NCBI RefSeq assembly: GCF_018977255.1
Contig: NW_024704743.1
Span: 14,820,001 to 14,884,000, forward strand
Length of the DNA: 64,000 nt
Direction of reading: 5' to 3'
DNA from: Callorhinchus milii
Lineage: Eukaryota
Shown here in pieces: positions 62,731-64,000 of the stretch. The translations under genes and the position numbers were made by a program. The notes beneath the pieces are model-generated. The model was given only the letters and a program-made list of their open reading frames with translations. It made no database searches and had not been told where the DNA came from. Positions within the stretch are counted from its first letter, which is position 1. Every line of letters starts with the position of its first letter.

Positions 62731-62836
62731 AGTTCTACCAAAAGGTCATCGACCTGAAACGTTAACTCATTTTCCTCTCTCCATAGATGCTGCCTTATCT
62801 TCTGCGTGCTCTCAGTGACTTTTGTTTTTATTTCAG
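62731..62836 (+). mobile_element. Penelope-type short repeat, copy 2 (core box mutated)
   Basis: agtt-CTACCAA-aaggtcatcgacctGAAACGTT-aact; colinear with copy 1. Confidence 0.7.
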
Positions 62837-62837
62837 A

Positions 62838-62870
62838 CTAGCTGTACCCGTTGCAGCTATGCTTCCAAAC
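62838..62870 (-). mobile_element. Helitron 3' terminus
   Basis: Minus strand reads aagcatagctgcaacgggtacagCTAG|T, matching 41886-41913. Confidence 0.65.
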
Positions 62871-63030
62871 AGTTTCATTTAATCGGCCTCCTCTCTTTCA
62901 TCTGGCATTTTTATTTGTCCTTGAAAGATTAGATCTTCGCTTCTTAGGCATCTTTATCCCTTAAGATTAAGAAAATGTGCTATTGAACTCATTAGCATCC
63001 CTTGTTCACATATTTGCACACATATCCTTT

Positions 63031-63150
63031 TGGGACGACTCCTGTGAGAGGACTCCTGTTGGGAGGACTCAGTGGGAAGACTCAGTGGAAGGACTCCTGT
63101 TGGGAGAACTCAGTGGGAGGATTCCTGTGGGAGGACTCCTGGAGAGGAGG
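63031..63150. repeat. Minisatellite, ~8 units of 13-16 bp (tgggaggactcctg / tgggaagactcag)
   Basis: Seen directly. Confidence 0.85.
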
Positions 63151-63169
63151 ATATCCTTTCTATCTGTAG

Positions 63170-64000
63170 CCAGACAGTGCCTCCTCAACCTCCTGGATCT
63201 CTTTGCCGCCTTTGACACAGTCAACCATGCCATCCTCATCCACCGCCTCTCCTCCCTCATCCATCTTAGGGACTGCACTCGTATGGTTCGAGTCCTACCT
63301 AACCAACCGCCTCCATTTCATCTCAGCAAATAGTTTCTCTTTCCGCTCTGCCAGGTCACTTGCAGGGTACCCAGCGTTCCATCCTCAGCCCTCTTCTTTT
63401 CCTTATCTATATGTTCCCTCTGGGCGATGTCATCTGCAGACCCAGGATAAACTTCCACATGTATGCAGATGACGCACAAATCTACTTTGGCTTCTCCAGT
63501 ACCAACTCCAGGTTTGCCGATGTTCTAACAGCTTCTCTGCAGACATTAGGGCCTGAATGAGTGCAAACTTCCTGCAGCTGAATGTAGTCAAGAGGGAACC
63601 ATACTCTTTGGCTCCCATCAATGTTTTCACTCCTGAGGATCTAACCTCCCTGGGTTCTCCCGTAGACTCACAAAAACAGTGTGCAATCTAGGCATCTGGC
63701 TCGACCTCCACCTGTCCTTTCTCCCCCACATCTGGTCCCTGACCAGGAATGCCTTCTTCCACCTCTGCCACATTGCCCATCTCTGACGTACCTTACCCCA
63801 AATGCAGCCAAAACCCTCATGCATGCGTTTGTCACTTCCTGCTTGGATTACTCACACACGCTCCTCGCCGGTCTCCCCAGCTCCACTATTCAAAAGATCC
63901 AGCTCATCAAGAACTCTGCTGCCCACATATTTGTCCAGACCCAACTCTGTACCCACATCTCACCAATTCTGGCCAGGCTCCACTGGCTTGCCATCACCGA
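63170..64000 (+). mobile_element. L2 RT fragment (different subfamily), runs off the window
   Basis: LLDLFAAFDTVNHAILIHRL, SILSPLLFLIYMFPLG, FHMYADDAQIY and LHWL motifs. Confidence 0.93.

Noticed and set aside
1..64000. CRISPR array, operon or other prokaryotic system
   Set aside because: No repeat-spacer array or dense coding. The sequence is vertebrate intron-like DNA.

Overview
This is a repeat-rich, AT-rich vertebrate genomic window with no prokaryotic features. The repeat content (L2 and CR1 LINE fragments, Deu-domain SINEs, a young tRNA-Ala-headed SINE with an L2-type tail, a Penelope-type short repeat) points to a cartilaginous fish, most like a chimaera/elephant shark; this is from recall, not verified. 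Almost all ORFs in the supplied track are broken LINE pieces or noise. Reading splice signals by hand reveals a multi-exon protein-coding gene on the minus strand that appears to span nearly the whole window. It has a well-supported, phase-compatible 3' exon chain (6781 to the TAG stop at 547), a plausible phase-compatible 5' chain (ATG at 60957 to 44778, then 23390) and an unresolved middle. I cannot assign the protein to any family. The intervening non-coding sequence also holds two hammerhead-like Penelope-type repeats, a non-autonomous Helitron plus a second Helitron 3' end, a solo LTR with a 4-bp TSD, an R4/Dong-clade fossil, MITE-like palindromes, an unclassified ~650-bp poly(A)-tailed repeat in six copies, and several insertion-junction signatures. 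Exon boundaries were counted exactly; repeat boundaries are approximate.
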